Assembly: GCA_964016885.1 (NCBI GenBank)
Contig: OZ024745.1
Location: 12,028,001 to 12,092,000 of the forward strand
Length of the DNA: 64,000 nucleotides
Direction of reading: 5' to 3'
From: Eledone cirrhosa
Lineage: Eukaryota
In this document: piece by piece, positions 15,281 to 29,757 of the stretch
How positions within the stretch are numbered: the stretch's first letter is position 1
Layout of the letters: every line of letters starts with the position of its first letter
Program-made: the position numbers and the translations under genes
Notes under the pieces: generated by a model
The model's database searches: none
What the model saw: the letters and a program-made list of their open reading frames with translations, nothing else
What the model was told of the DNA's origin: nothing

Positions 15281-15960
15281 CGTGCATGCACTCGTTCAGT
15301 GCCCGAGCATTGCTGACTTGTGGAGCTATGTCGAACAGTTGCTGTCGCATGTAGGACTGATCCGGTTATCGACTGAGTCCATTGTGCAGATGGTCTCGCC
15401 GTCTTCCTTCGAGGAGGAAGGGCAGGCGGTTTTCATCTGCCTGGTGGCCATAGCGAAAGAGATTGTGTGGTGGACAAGGTTAAAAGGGTTAAAGACAGAC
15501 ACTTTCCTCTTCGGCGAATCCCTAATTAACTCTTTCAAGTTTCACTTGAAAAGGAAAATCAGGGTGGAGAGGCAAGTGCTACCTTCTAGCAAGTTTGTTG
15601 AAAGGTGGGTGAATGTAGCGAGAATGGTCCGAGTATACGGGACCGCTCTGAATATACGCTTGTAGCTTGAGGAATGGAAAAAATTGAGAGAGGGCGCTTG
15701 CCCTGGTGGTCAGAGTGGCCGTGGTCTTTTGTGTGGTTTTCGCCACGAGTAACCCTCGGAGGTTTCCCCCCTATTGGGGAATTTTTCATTGTTTCAATTT
15801 TCATTTTTATTGTTTATATATATATATGTTTCTATGTTCTTTTTTTTTTCTTTTCTTATATAAATAATAAAAATATTTACACGCACAAAACCCACATCGT
15901 ACCGTCCTGTGCCGTCTGTAATGTTCTTCTTGATGTCAGCCCTTGTGGCCAATAAAGAAA

Positions 15961-15962
<2 letters not shown>
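15281..15962 (+). pseudogene. 3' fragment of a Tx1/L1-clade LINE with 3' UTR, AATAAA and (ATT)n tail
   Basis: HALVQC...LWSYVEQLLS...FKFHLKRKIRVER; homologous to 26268-26830; ends gtggccaataaagaaatc(att)n. Confidence 0.8.
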
Positions 15963-16007
<45 letters not shown>

Positions 16008-19000
16008 TGCATTTATCTTGCTTTATGTTCATACGAGTTATCACCATGTCACAACCAGTGACCTCAAGAGACAACAAGGTCCGCCATGTTCAAGAAAGAA
16101 CATACATATTCACACATGCATCCTTAGTGTTTAGACTTGTGATGTACTTATATTGACAGGATCTTCCTTAGTATATGGGCAGTTCCCATTAGTACTATCT
16201 TTTGTATTTCTCCTATACGCGGGTTTCCTGGGATTTGCGATAACCCCAGAGCGCCTACAACCACTGGTATTGTTTTAGTTCTCAATTTCCACATTTTTCC
16301 AATTTCTATCTCCAGGTCCTTATACTTGCTCAATTTTTCAAATGTTTTTATAGATACATTCTTGTCTATTGGAACACATATCAATTAGCAGGCATACCCT
16401 CCTTTGAAAGTCCTTCAATATTATATCAGGTCTATTTGCATCTATTTTTCGGTCTGTTTGGATGCTAAAGTTCCACAAGATTGAGATGTGATCTTTTTCA
16501 AGTATGGGAGGTGGTTGATGCTCCCACCAATTCTTTTGATGGGGCAGGTCAAAATGCTTACACATTATCCAGTGTATGTATTGTGCAGCTCTGTCATGCC
16601 TGTTTAGGTATTCGGTTGGAGCTATAGGACTGCACATTGAAATTATATGGTCAATGGTCTCTGGTTGTTTTTTGCATACACGGCATAATGGGCTGCACCC
16701 ATTTTTTATTATGTTGGCTTGGTAATTTTTTGTTGGCAGACACTGATCTTGTGCCGATATAATCAGTCCTTCAGTCTCCGATTTCAGTCCAGAGGATGCC
16801 AACCACTGATGGGTTAAAGTTTTGTCAACATCAGGATTGTTAGCTCGCTCTGGGTATTTTCCATACAGAGGCTTTTCTTGCCATTTCTTAGCCAGTTTCT
16901 GTAGCAGTTCTTTCTTTGCAGTTACTTTTATCTGCTTTGCTTTTTCTGTGTTTTCCATTTCAGCAGTAAATGGGACTTCTGAAATTTGTAGTCCATTACT
17001 GTATCTTTGTGCATCTTTTGTAATGGAATATGATCTTTTGGTGCTTTCGTGTTTCAAAACAAGTTTGATCATCCAATCATATGATTCCCTTAGATATGTG
17101 GATAATCCAATTGTTGCAGTTTTCAACGCAATGTCTAACTGGATTAACCCACGTCCTCCTTCTTTCCTAGGGAGATATATTCTATCTATGTCTGCCTTAG
17201 GGTGATGCATTCTGTGCATGGTTAAGAATTTTCGGATTTTTGTATCGAGCCTACGGATCTCTGTGCTTGACCAGTTGATGACATTGTAACTGTAGGTTAC
17301 TACTGGTATGGCAAGCGTGTTTATGGCATCGATCCTATTCCTTGCATTCAATTCCGTTCTTAAGATTGCTCTGACTCTGCGGTAACATTCCTTCCTTATC
17401 CTTTCCCTCATTGTCGAGTGCTTGATTCCGTCTCCTTCACAAACACCTAGATATTTGTAAGTTTTTTCTTGATCAAGCTCTCTTATCACGTTCCCCCGAT
17501 CAAGATTAATGTCTGAACTCTTCAGCAGCTTTCCTCTGGTGAACGTTGCTTTGGCGCATTTATCCAGTCCAAACTCCATTTTAATGTCATCACTGAACTG
17601 CTTCACAGTGGATAATAGCCCTTGCAATTGTTCATCATTTTTTGCAAATAGTTTCAGGTCATCCATGTAGAACAGGTGATTAATGGTTTTGTCATAGACT
17701 CTATATCCATGTTTTGTTTCATTGAGCATTTTACTTAATGGTATAAGTGCGATGCAGAATAAAAGCGGTGATAAAGAGTCACCCTGAAAAATTCCACAAT
17801 TAATATTAACTTCTCCAGCTACCAGTGATTTTGTTTCACTATTCAAAAGGAGTGTCGCTCTCCATGTCTTCATACCGAATGACAAAAACCTCCTGACAAC
17901 GGGGGATATTTTGAAAATCTCTAAACATTTTTCAATCCAACTGTGTGGCAAACTATCGAATGCTTTTTTATAATCTATCCAAGCAATCGATAGATTTTTG
18001 TGTCTATTATGACAATCTTCCAGTATCATTTTGTTAACCAGAAGCTGATCCTTACAGCCATATGAGCCTCGTTTACACCCTTTCTGCTCAATGGGAAATA
18101 GGTCATTTGTTATCAGGTGGTCATATGTGTATTCAGTTAGGACTGATGTTAAAATTTTATACATTGTGGTCAAGCAGGTTATCAGTCTGTAATTTTTGGG
18201 ATTGTTTGTCTCATCATTCTTCGGTAGCAGGAATGTAATGCCGTTAACCTGCCATGATGGTATCTTTTCTGGCTCCTTAACTATTTCATTGTAAAGTTGG
18301 GCTAACAGCTCATGAGACTCTGTGAAGGCATTTATCCAAAAGTTTTGTATTTTGTCTTTTCCTGGGGATTTCCATTTGCTGGTTTTTCTTAGAGCCAAGC
18401 GCAACTGTTCAACTGTTATATTTTCTCATGTTTGTTCTTCAAGGTGAGCTGTATCTTTCATTTGTCTGTTTATCCATGGGGCATGTATGTTATGAACTTT
18501 TTCTTCGGCCCAGATCTTTTCCCAGAATTCTTGCACTTCCTCCTTGGGTGGTATTGATTTAGCAGTTATTGTTGACTTACCAATTTTTCTGTAGATGTTT
18601 CTTTGGTTGTTTTTGAACATATTATTCTCCTTATAGAATCTAGATCGTTTTTCAAAGTGCCTTATACGAGCAGCTTTGGCCGACACTTTTTGCTTGATTG
18701 TTTCTATCAGCATGTCTATGTCACATGTTGATCTTATACTGTACTTTTTTTTCAATTTTCTAAGTTTAGTTTGTTTAACATGTTCACCTACTTTATAGTT
18801 TGTTAAAATTTCTATGTCAGATCGGAGAAGGTTTATTTGGCGATTGATGTTATCTTGCCAAGTAGATTTCTTGTGGGAATTCCTTTGTTTTTTCATCTTC
18901 ACTCCACATAAGTGAGTGGTGACTTTAGCCGATGCATAATAGAGATGATTTAAGTCAGTAATGTTTAGTTTGTTTGTGATGATAATGTTTTTGAGAATTA

Positions 19001-19950
19001 TGTTAGTCTTGTGTATTATCTTTTGGTTCTGTTTGGAGTTCTGGATCTTAGGGAGGGTGTCTCGTTGCCCCATGTCAGATTCTTTCATTTTCATCCATTC
19101 GATCATAATTTCATCCTTCAAGTTGGCAAGTTCATTCTCATTCATTTCTTTATCATTTACGATCTCATTATTTTCATTTGGAGTTTCATCCTGAGCATGC
19201 ACTCCCTCCACTTTTTCGCTCCTTTCTTTAATTTGTTCTGTTGCCAGTGATTCCGCCCCAACCCTGGGATTCAAAGTGTTACAGTTTACCTCGTTTTCAC
19301 TGACACATGTTTCATTTTCCCTTCGCTGACTTTGTGCTAATAGCTTGATCTGATCAATTTCTATATCAGTTAGTAACTTTTTTCTTACAATATTTCTTCG
19401 TATATTGGCTAGTTTGTTACTGTCAATATAGCCTCTGTTTTCGGGATGTTTCTTTTTCCAGTTGATATATGTTTGTTCTGTATTCGATGTATTTGATGGG
19501 TAGTACATGGCAGTGTAGAAAGCCTCAAGGACTTCTTTATTATCTTCCCTTGACCATTTTTCTCTCTTTTTCTTTGGATTTCTTGGTGGTGAGCATGGAG
19601 GGCCAACAGTAGGAGTATTCCGGTTATGGGAGGTCTCCAGCTCCGAAGTGATGGGAAGGTTTGAACCATTAGCTGATTTTTCCACCCCAGTCTGGTTCGT
19701 CTCTGAGGGACGCGGCCCTTTTTTACCCGGGTGACGGCCGATCCGGTATGAGATTTTATCATTAGACATTTACTTTATTTTGTCGCGTTTTATCCTTATC
19801 CGCCAAGGGGTAATCATTTCGTGTTACCACTTCTAGAACGAGTGTCAACCAAGACTAGAGGGGTCGTTCTCCCCTAGAGACATGGCTATTCCCCGCCGGC
19901 CGCCATCCCGGTATTTCTTGGTCACGGGGTTTTCTTTTTGTTGTTTTTTT
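16008..19950 (-). mobile_element. Near full-length R4/Dong-clade non-LTR retrotransposon (single ORF RT + CCHC + RLE), ending in (TAA)n
   Basis: RT motifs KSPGKD, WIDYKKAFDS, GIFQGDSLSPLLF, HLFYMDD, YKYLG; CRVC..ETIDHIISMC knuckle; RPDII..LID nuclease; 3' UTR runs into (AAT)n; 5' limit approximate. Confidence 0.92.
16148..19769 (-). pseudogene. Disrupted ~1200-aa RT/RLE polyprotein
   Basis: ORFs 18426-19769 and 16338-18404 are in the same frame, split by one TGA; frameshift near 16380 continues into 16148-16384 (KLSKYKDLEIE..PVVVGALG). Confidence 0.9.
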
Positions 19951-20125
19951 AAATTGTTATTATCATGAGTGGTTCCTTAATGTGAGCATTGCGTGGCTTA
20001 AGAATGAAATTATTAATAATTGTCTCCACTCCAGACACAAGGCCAGCAATCACCCAGTGCATTACAATAATATAATATACTTTTTGTTGTAGTTGGCTGT
20101 TATTGTTGTTATTATTATTATTATT

Positions 20126-20304
20126 TGGATTGGCAGTATCGGTAGAGGGTCGGACGCCATGCTTTCCAGCATAGTTACGTCCCTTTACGATCTGAGTTCA
20201 AATCCCGCCGAGGTTGACTTTGCCTTTCATCCTTACGGGGTCGATAACATAAAGTACCAGTAATGCACTGGGTAATTGCTGGCCTTGTGCCTAAAGTGGA
20301 AACA

Positions 20305-20310
<6 letters not shown>
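20126..20310 (+). mobile_element. SINE family 1 in (ATT)n; an inverted 3' fragment lies at 20015-20066
   Basis: Full A box, B box, core and tail. Confidence 0.9.
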
Positions 20311-20339
<29 letters not shown>

Positions 20340-20789
20340 CATTGTTATTCCTTTTGTTTTAATCTTATTCTCTTTATTCACTTCTAGCTAAACCATTATC
20401 TTTCTTCTTATTCACTACTCAATCTCCACCAGCACCAACATTATCATCATTGTCATCATCACCACCAAAACCATCATCATCATCATCAGCAGCAACAACA
20501 ACAACAACATATGACTCTTTAACTTCGACCTTTATTTAATCCCCGTTTTCATTCTGTTCGGTACTTCTATATCGTATTCCTTACTACTTAAGCCTCTAAA
20601 TCTTACGACTACACAAAATGGATATGTAACGACTGCTATCTCTGTTGAGTGCTAAGTGTGGCTTACAGTAAGATTATTTCCTATGGTTCATATAATTCAC
20701 AACTGGATTAATTAACTCTTTGAAAAAGGAAATTATGTGTGTATGTGTATATGTATAGAGAGAGAGAGATGAGGAGAAAGAAAGAAAGA

Positions 20790-21040
20790 GGTGAATTAGG
20801 AGAGCCGTTAAAATGTCAGATAGAGTGCTTTGCAGTAATCGTTCTGGCTCTCTGAGCTCTGATTCCAAATCCCACCAAGTTCAACTTTGCCTTCTATTCT
20901 TCCGAGGTTGATAAAAAGGTATCAGTCAAATATTGGGTTCGATTATTCCTCTATATCTCTTTACTCAAACCTGGAGAAGAGATGGGTTCTGCAAGTGTTA
21001 AAAATGTCCAAGAAACGCCGTATGTCACTACGAGTGTCCA
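20790..21040 (+). mobile_element. Diverged SINE family 1 variant with an extended 3' tail
   Basis: caaatcccaccaagttcaactttgccttc core followed by acctggagaagagatggg...aaaaatgtccaagaaacg, shared with 34660-34900 and 52405-52675. Confidence 0.6.
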
Positions 21041-21043
21041 GCG

Positions 21044-21697
21044 AATTTATCTAAACACAATTTATCTAAACACAATTCATCTAAACACAATTTATCTAAA
21101 CACAATTTATCTAAACACAATTTATCTAAACACAATTTATCTAAACACAATTCATCTAAACACAATTTATCTAAACACAATTTATCTAAACCCAATTTAT
21201 CTAAACACAATTTATCTAAACACAATTCATCTAAACACAATTTATCTAAACACAATTTATCTAAACCCAATTCATCTAAACACAATTTATCTAAACACAA
21301 TTTATCTAAACACAATTCATCTAAACACAATTTATCTAAACACAATTTATCTAAACACAATTTATCTAAACACAATTTATCTAAACACAATTTATCTAAA
21401 CACAATTTATCTAAACACAATTCATCTAAACACAATTTATCTAAACACAATTCATCTAAATACAATTTATCTAAACACAAATTAACTAAACACAATTCAT
21501 CTAAACACAATTTATCTAAACACAATTCATCTAAACACAATTTATCTAAACACAATTTATCTAAACACAATTCATCTAAACATAATTTATCTAAACACAA
21601 TTCATCTAAACACAATTCATCTAAACATAATTTATCTAAAAACAATTCATCTAAACACAATTTATCTAAACACAATTCATCTAAACACAATTTATCT
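21044..21697. repeat. 15-bp minisatellite aatt(t/c)atctaaacac, ~43 copies
   Basis: Direct tandem array. Confidence 0.97.
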
Positions 21698-22439
21698 AGA
21701 ATACAATCCATTTTTAATGTTAAACCTTTCCCCATGAATTTACCATAACGTTTAAACTTAATTTTTAATGGATGATTCTGGACCAGTTGAAAGGTGTATA
21801 AAAATATTTGGAATAAGAGGTAATTTACAATGTATGTCACTAAGTCAGCATTGGTATGCTAAGGGAACGTTTAAAACTGTTTCTTTGTTATTCTATTAGC
21901 TATATACCCTGCATGGGTTGAAATAAAAAGCTTTACAGCCATTTGTGTTTGCTTTCTTACCCAGCAAATCAGAAGAAATATGAGCAACGTTTTTATAAGA
22001 GATAAAGAAATTAGAGCCAATATGTTCGCCGTTGTCAATGACAATTGAATTAAAGAATGTTATTTTCAAAGGATGTATAGAAGAATCTCCTAATACCAAA
22101 CAGAAGGGATGTTTGGGGGCCTGGTTTTTTTGGGGTGGGGGGTGGGGTGCTGGATCTTTGGGGTTTTTTTGGGGGGAGAGGTCATTTTACACAAATGTAT
22201 TTTTCGTAAAATTAAAGCAGTGACAGGAAACAATAATATAAAACAGATCCAAATTTTGCCTTGAATCTACAAATGTTACCAACATTTCTACCAGTAGACG
22301 CACTGAAGGATTTCAGTTATTATGCGATGTAATTCTGTTCCTTGATTGCTTTGTTCCTTGTTTGTTTGTTTCTTTGTTGTTTTTGTTGTTGTTTTCTTTT
22401 TTTTTTTCATTGAAGCTTTAAATACGGGAATTTATATAA

Positions 22440-23040
22440 TATTCTATATACAGAGGATGTCTGTCTGACTCCCCAAAACTCGAGAACCACCGAACAGATT
22501 TTTTTCAAACATTCCACATGTAATACTTATGGTCGTGTGAGTGTTTTGAGCAAAGAATATTTCAAATTTTCAATGCCCTAGGGACCGCATTAGGCGCCGG
22601 TTAGCGATCTCTCTCTCTCTTTCTTACTCTGCCTTTTTAGATAGATACATAGATATAACGTCGCGCCCTTATAATATCTGTCTGTATGTCTGGCTGTCTG
22701 CATCACGACATTATGAAAACATTGACGTCGCTATCTGTGTGTGTGTATGTGTGTGTATGTATGTATATATAGTGTATATATATATATGTATATATATATT
22801 GTTCTCATTGCTGACGTATTATCTTCGCTATTTTCCGTTCATTGCCAGGGAGCCTCTTCACGAACCAAAGTATCGTCTTCCTGTTTTCCTTCGGTTGCAA
22901 AGTTTTTCGAAATATTTACTTCTGCGTTCACAGATTGATTTTTTTAGTTTCAGAAGATCCCGTTAAGGGTGAAAGCAGCGATTCTTTGCTTAAGCTTTAA
23001 TCTATTATTTTAATATATGTTTGCTCTACGGTTCTTATAG
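22440..23040 (-). mobile_element. Non-autonomous Helitron-like element, same family as 45548-46342
   Basis: agaggatgtctgtctg...aaaactcgagaa, caaattttcaatgccctag and atcccgttaagggtgaaagcagcgattctttgctta are reverse complements of segments in 45740-46330. Confidence 0.65.
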
Positions 23041-23070
23041 TCTTTTAGTCTTCAAATGTATTATTATTAC

Positions 23071-23103
<33 letters not shown>

Positions 23104-23218
23104 GGGGGAGTGAGAGAGGGGAGAGAGAGGGAGAGAAAGAAGAGGGAGAGAGGGAGAGAGAGAGTCTGTCGAAGACGCTTGGTCAGGGATATATATTGCA
23201 TTATATATACATGCACAG

Positions 23219-23424
23219 GTAGGGCGGTGGATTGGCAGTATCGGTAGAGGTTCGGACGCCATCCTTTCCAGCATAGTTACGTCCCTTTATGGTCTGAGTT
23301 CAAATGCCGTCGAGGTTAACTTTGCCTTTCATCCTTATGGGGTCGATAAAATAAAGTACCAGTAATGTACTGGGGTCGATTTAATTGCTGGGTAATTGCT
23401 GGCCTTGTGCCAAAAGTAGAAACA
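23219..23424 (+). mobile_element. Full-length SINE family 1 with 19-bp TSD
   Basis: TSD attatatatacatgcacag at 23200-23218 and 23425-23443. Confidence 0.95.
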
Positions 23425-24165
23425 ATTATATATACATGCACAGAGACATACATATATATGCGTGAGTATGTGTATGTATGTATGTACGTATGTATGTATG
23501 TATGTATGTAAGTATGTAAGTATTATGTATGTATGTATGTATGTAAGTATTATGTATGTAAGTATGTATGTATGTATGTATGTATGTAAGTATTATGTAT
23601 GTATGTATATATGTATGTATTTATGTATGTATGTATGTAAGTATTATGTATGTATGTAAGTATATATGTATGTATGTATTTATGTATGTATGTATGTAAG
23701 TATTATGTATGTATGTATGTATGTAAGTATTATGTATGTATGTATTTATGTATGTATGTATGTAAGTATTATGTATGTATGTATATATGTATGTAAGTAT
23801 TATGTATGTATGGATGGGTGGATGGATGCATATATGTGTGCATGTGTTTATGAACATGGCACTATTCCCACACATACATGCACACACGTATATATGTGTA
23901 TCTATATATACATCCACATGTTCACATGTGGATATCCGTTGTGCTCACTCCCTACACCACACACAGACTACACATATATATTTAAAATGTAATAACTATG
24001 TATTGCTGTGGGGCGACAAAACACGTTGAAAGCATTCCAATGTTTAGCAAGACTATTATAAATACAGAATTAGATACAACAGCTGATAAATAATGTTATA
24101 TTTACATGTATTTACAAATATATTTACATATATATTGAACAATGTACGCTTAGATGCTATAAATA

Positions 24166-24684
<519 letters not shown>

Positions 24685-24861
24685 GTATACATCGCTATTT
24701 CAGAGCACCAATCCTAATATATAAATATATATAACAAATTAAGATGACATATACTGTATGTATAAATCTATAAATATTTGTGTGTCTGTACGTATTTGAT
24801 ACAACCTTTTGTTACTTCTTACTATATATATATATGTGTGTGTGTGCGCATTATAAATTAC

Positions 24862-24898
<37 letters not shown>

Positions 24899-25003
24899 CA
24901 TTATAAATTACATATATATATATGTGTGTGTGTGTGTGCATTATATATTATATGTGTGTGTGTGTATGTGTGTGCGTGTGTGTGCGCACGTGTGTGTGTG
25001 TGC

Positions 25004-25058
<55 letters not shown>

Positions 25059-25060
<2 letters not shown>

Positions 25061-25298
25061 CAACATAGTCCCTGGAAAGAAACAATGCAGTTATTTAGTA
25101 AAAGATTTGAAGTTACTGCATGCAAGATTTCATAGTTCTAGCATCAATCCTTCATACACTGACCAAGATACTCTCATGGAATGACCAAATAATGTTTATT
25201 TTTCAACATAGTCCCAGGAAAGAAACAATGCAGTTACTAATAAGAAGGTTTGAAGTTAATTCATGCAAAATTTCACAGCTCTAGCATCAATCCTTCAT
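25059..25298. repeat. Diverged local direct duplication (~97 bp x2)
   Basis: ttcaacatagtccc...ctagcatcaatccttcata at 25059 and 25202. Confidence 0.8.
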
Positions 25299-26267
25299 AG
25301 TCATCCAGTCAGCCTATGAAGTTTTCAACTGACACTCGTACTTTATCGTGATGATGGAATTGAAACGAGACCCGATTGTCAGTGTTATTTTCAATCCTGC
25401 AGAAGAAACAGTCGTTAATTACAATAAATGATCTCTATATACTCAGTCTTCACATTTACAGAGGGAGAGTAATTTAAAGGTTAAATGGTTCGGATATCGA
25501 TCTAGCATAGTGTTAGTGATCTCATACAGACCATCGATTCTTCCGCTTTTAACTCGACACTGTAGCACATTAGCAATAACTACCACGGTAGACTTAAGCC
25601 AATGAGGAAGTCACTACCTGGTTGCTCAATCTGATGGAATTCTCTTTCAAATGACTCTACCTTTAAAGGAGGGGGTTGGGGGGGGGGGCGATATCGAGTA
25701 AAATAGTCTAAGATGAATGAATTATTGAACAAGTTGATTTGTAAATGTGTATATGGAAATATTGACTTTGTAGGTGTGAGTGGAGAGAGAAAGTGTGAGA
25801 GGGGTGAGATAGGGGAGAGAGAGAGATAGGGAAAGAGCGCGAGGGGGAGGGAGAGAGAGAGAGGGGGAGAGAAAGGGAGAGAGAGATAGAGATAGAGAGA
25901 GAGAGAGAGAGAGGGTGGGGAGATAGATAGATAGATAGATAGAGAGAGAGATAGAACGAGAGAAAGAGAGAGGAGAGATAGATAGATAAATTTTAGAGAG
26001 AGAGAGGGGGGAGAGAGAGGAGAGATAGATAGATAAATTTTAGAGAGAGAGTGAGAGAGAGAGAGAGGGTGGTGGGAGATAACATGAGCTAAAGATTAGA
26101 GAGAATAAGAAATTATGTTTGCAAAGTTGGGATGGACATGGTTAGATTCATAGATTCTTTCTTAAATCTGCAGAACTGATCTGGAGCTAATCACATAACA
26201 ATAACAACAATAACAATACAACGACAATGACAACAACAGCAACAATAATAACAACAATAATAATAAC

Positions 26268-27697
26268 GATTTCATTTATTAGCCACAAGGGCGGACATGT
26301 AGGGGACAATACAAAGACAGGGACAGTGGGGGTTTACAATAAGGTCGAGTAAAAGTGCACAATAGCAAGACTAATTTAACAATGAAAATATAAAAAATAT
26401 AAAATAAACTATGCATAAATATAACAAAATAAATTCCCCGATAAGGGGTGAACGACCCTGGAGTGACTCGGGTACCCTACCAATCCTGAATCACCCTGTG
26501 CTTCTAGGGCACCCGGGGAGAACACCCCTCTCCTCAAGTTAGTTAGCCTATAGGCGCATGGTCAGAGTCGGCCCATTCACACGGGCCATTCTCGCCACAT
26601 TCATCCACCTTTTAGCAAATGTACTGGGGGGCAGCACTTCTCTCTCCACCCTCACCTTCCTTTCCAGGTGAAACTTGAAGACGTTGATCAGGGATTGGCC
26701 GAAGAGAAAAGTGTCGATCTTCACTATGGACTCGGCCGATAGCCGGATTCGTTCCACACGCGACAGTAGCTGTTCGACATAACTCCACAAGTGCGTGCAG
26801 AACGGTTTCGTCGTTCTGTGCGCATCTTGAGCAGGTCCGTCTGATAGAACTTCCGTGCCTGTAGAGTTTATCCCGAACCGGCAGTGCCCTCCGGTAGCAC
26901 TGCCAAGCGAGGGATTTCTGGAAATTGGCCATCATCCCCGGCTCGAAATTCCTCCGGTACAGACTGGTCAGTTCGACTTCGTCGAGACCCAAAGCTTCTC
27001 CGAGTGCGTCATCGCACTTTCCCACCACTAATCCTCTATAGAACTGGATAGTGGAAGTTCCACTGATCGCATTGCCCGCTTGGTAGAGGGCAGTGAGTGC
27101 CTGGCAACATTCCAGGTGCCAATCACCCAGCCTCGGTCTCTTCTTGATCCAGGACTGCAGCTCAGTCAAAGAAACGAGCTGCGGAAAGGCCCGTCTGATA
27201 AACGGCGACCACACCTCTTCGCCATTTAGGCAGAATATCTGGAGATGTCGCAGCCTCAACACATGTCTGCGCATCATTAGCCACGGCATGCCCTACCCTC
27301 CGCGTAGAGGGTGCTGGCAGCAGATGGACCGCCTCACCAACGGAACTTGTCCCCTCCACAAGAATTTGAAGAGGAGCCGTTCCAACTTGACGAGGCGCGA
27401 ACGGGAGCAAGGCACGGTGGTCAGGCGGTAGTAATTGACGGACGCGATGTACGCATTCGCCACCTCCGCGCGACTTTTCAGTGATAGCTTCCTCCATTTT
27501 GGGGTGAGACAGGCTACTCTGCTCGTTACCTCGTCCCAATTCTTTTCCACCTGGAGGTCTGGTCCGAACCAAACCCCGAGCAACCTTACCGGTCCGTCCG
27601 TCCAGCGCCCCACGACGCTGTTGGACGGCATGGGCTTGCCTCTCCAGGTTCCGGGCTGCAAGCCCACCGACTTTTCCGGGTTAAGTTTGGCTCCTGT
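26268..27697 (-). pseudogene. 5'-truncated Tx1/L1-clade LINE (RT C-terminus and zinc-binding region) inserted in (AAC/AAT)n
   Basis: GAKLNPEKS..VRLLGVWFG..LSLKSRAEVAN..FLWRG..RGG*GMP; LPVRDKL..CSRC..DETVLHA; 3' UTR with AATAAA. Confidence 0.85.
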
Positions 27698-28027
27698 CAA
27701 CAATAATAATAACAACAGCAACAACAACACTAACAACAACAACAGCAACAACTCTAACAACAACACTAACAACAACAACAACAACACTAACAACAACAAC
27801 AACAACACTAATGACAACAACAACAACACTGGGAACAATAACAACAACACTAACAACAGCAACAACAACACTAACAACAACAACAACACTAACAACAACA
27901 ACAACAACAGCAACAACACTAACAACAACACTAACAACACTAACAACAACAACAACAGCAACAACACTAACAACAACACTAACAACACTAACAACAACAA
28001 CACTAATGACAACAACAACACTAACAA
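27698..28027. repeat. (AAC)n/(ACT) trinucleotide array
   Basis: Direct inspection; source of poly-N/T/L ORFs. Confidence 0.97.
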
Positions 28028-28816
28028 GAGATATAAAACAGTTTATGTTGTCCCATTTTGTTTCTCCATCGGTGAATTAAAATTCTTCTTTAGTCGTCAA
28101 AATGAGGAAAACTGTTTATATTTTAATCTTGATTGAAAAAATGTTGAGTTAGAAGAATTTATTGAATCCTATGAATATATTATTGAATATTTGATTAGAA
28201 AAGGTTGATAATATTCATCAATAAGATCACACATGAAGTTTCATAATCCCAAGTAAGAACGAACAGCATGGCATACTCCTTAAAAAAGGAACTGGAGTAA
28301 AAAAAAAACGAGACTGTTTTATATCCTGGACTCTGAGAAATAGTTTTTACAACAATAAATATATAATATTTATGACAAATTTCTTACATCATACGTTGAT
28401 ACTTTTTTTTTTTAGCGGAAAGATTAGTTATTTGTATTCTATGAATGGCGCTGCAGCATTATATCCTTGACGAAATTACTTCAATATTCTTCGTAATATT
28501 GGCTTAGCTGTAAATAAGAACCATAAGGGAGACATTATAATTTCTTTAGATTGCAGTGCTGAACTGGACAACTCCCGTGAGGTTGTGGAAAAAATACAGC
28601 TACTATTAATTTGAAAGATGATTGTTGTAGTAGTGGGCTCCAAATGAGCCGGGTCCATCATTTAATTTATCTGTCAACTGTATCATTTCACTTGTCTCGC
28701 TAATTTCCCTAGGAGTATCAGGAATAACCGAATTTCCATATCAATCTTTGGGTCCATTATTACTACAGATGGCAGTGAAAAAATGACAAAAGACCAGAAA
28801 GGATTTGTAGGAGTGC

Positions 28817-28849
<33 letters not shown>

Positions 28850-29542
28850 ATAATGTGAGAGAGAGAGAGTATGAGAGAGAGAGAGTGAAAGTGTGTGTGT
28901 GTGAGAGAGAGAATGACAGAGAGAGATGAGTGTGAAACGAAGGAAATATTTCCTTCGAGATATTTAGACATTTGCTGTGTATTTTCATTAACACAACTGA
29001 TGTAGATACAGAGTCTTATTAAAGTAATTTACGCCACATTCCGAACACTTTTCTACTTACCGATACAACCATCACTAGTTTCCTCAGAAATCTAATATTT
29101 CACGTTTTAAGTGATGGCTTCTGCCATAATCTATAATTAATTTTACTGAGAGAAATAATTTAACTTCAAAGGAAACAGGAGAAATTATTTTGATCAATAT
29201 TACTAATAGAAATGGATTAATTTCTAATAAGTAAAATATCAATATATATAAACGATATTTGATATTTTTAAATGTCTTAAAAACCATTTGTCAGTTTTTC
29301 TTTATCACATTGCTCTCTCTTACAAACTCACGCAATCTCTCTTTCTCTCTCTCTCTCTCTCTCTCACGACCCTAAGATCATGAGACATCCACCTGACCAC
29401 TAAGCCAGGTGCCTGCACATACTACCACATTACTGGGAATTCTTAAAAGAAATTGCATTGATATACCAGAACGTTCTCTCCAGAAGAACGAAAGGTAAAT
29501 TCGATTTCAACTCAAACATCAGTAGGAAAACAACCTAAATAA

Positions 29543-29757
29543 TAATTTCTGATTTAGGCACGTGAGCAGTAACTTAGAGGAAGGGGTAAGATGATTATAT
29601 CGACCCTGGTTCTTCACTGGTACTTTATTTTATCGACCTCGGAAGCATGAAAGGCAGAATTGACCTCGGTGAAATTTGAACTCAGAACGTAAAGAGCCAG
29701 AACAAATACTGCTACACGTTTGTCAGACGCTCTAACGACTCTGCCAATCCACTGTCC
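29543..29757 (-). mobile_element. SINE family 1, older variant
   Basis: ctggtactttattttatcgacc, atgaaaggcag, atttgaactcagaacg, ctctgccaatccac. Confidence 0.85.

Noticed and set aside
20982-21840. LDKLC / IYLNT pentapeptide-repeat ORFs
   Set aside because: 15-bp minisatellite with no unique coding flanks
27435-28136. Asn-rich 233-aa ORF
   Set aside because: Antisense of a LINE fragment fused to (AAC)n
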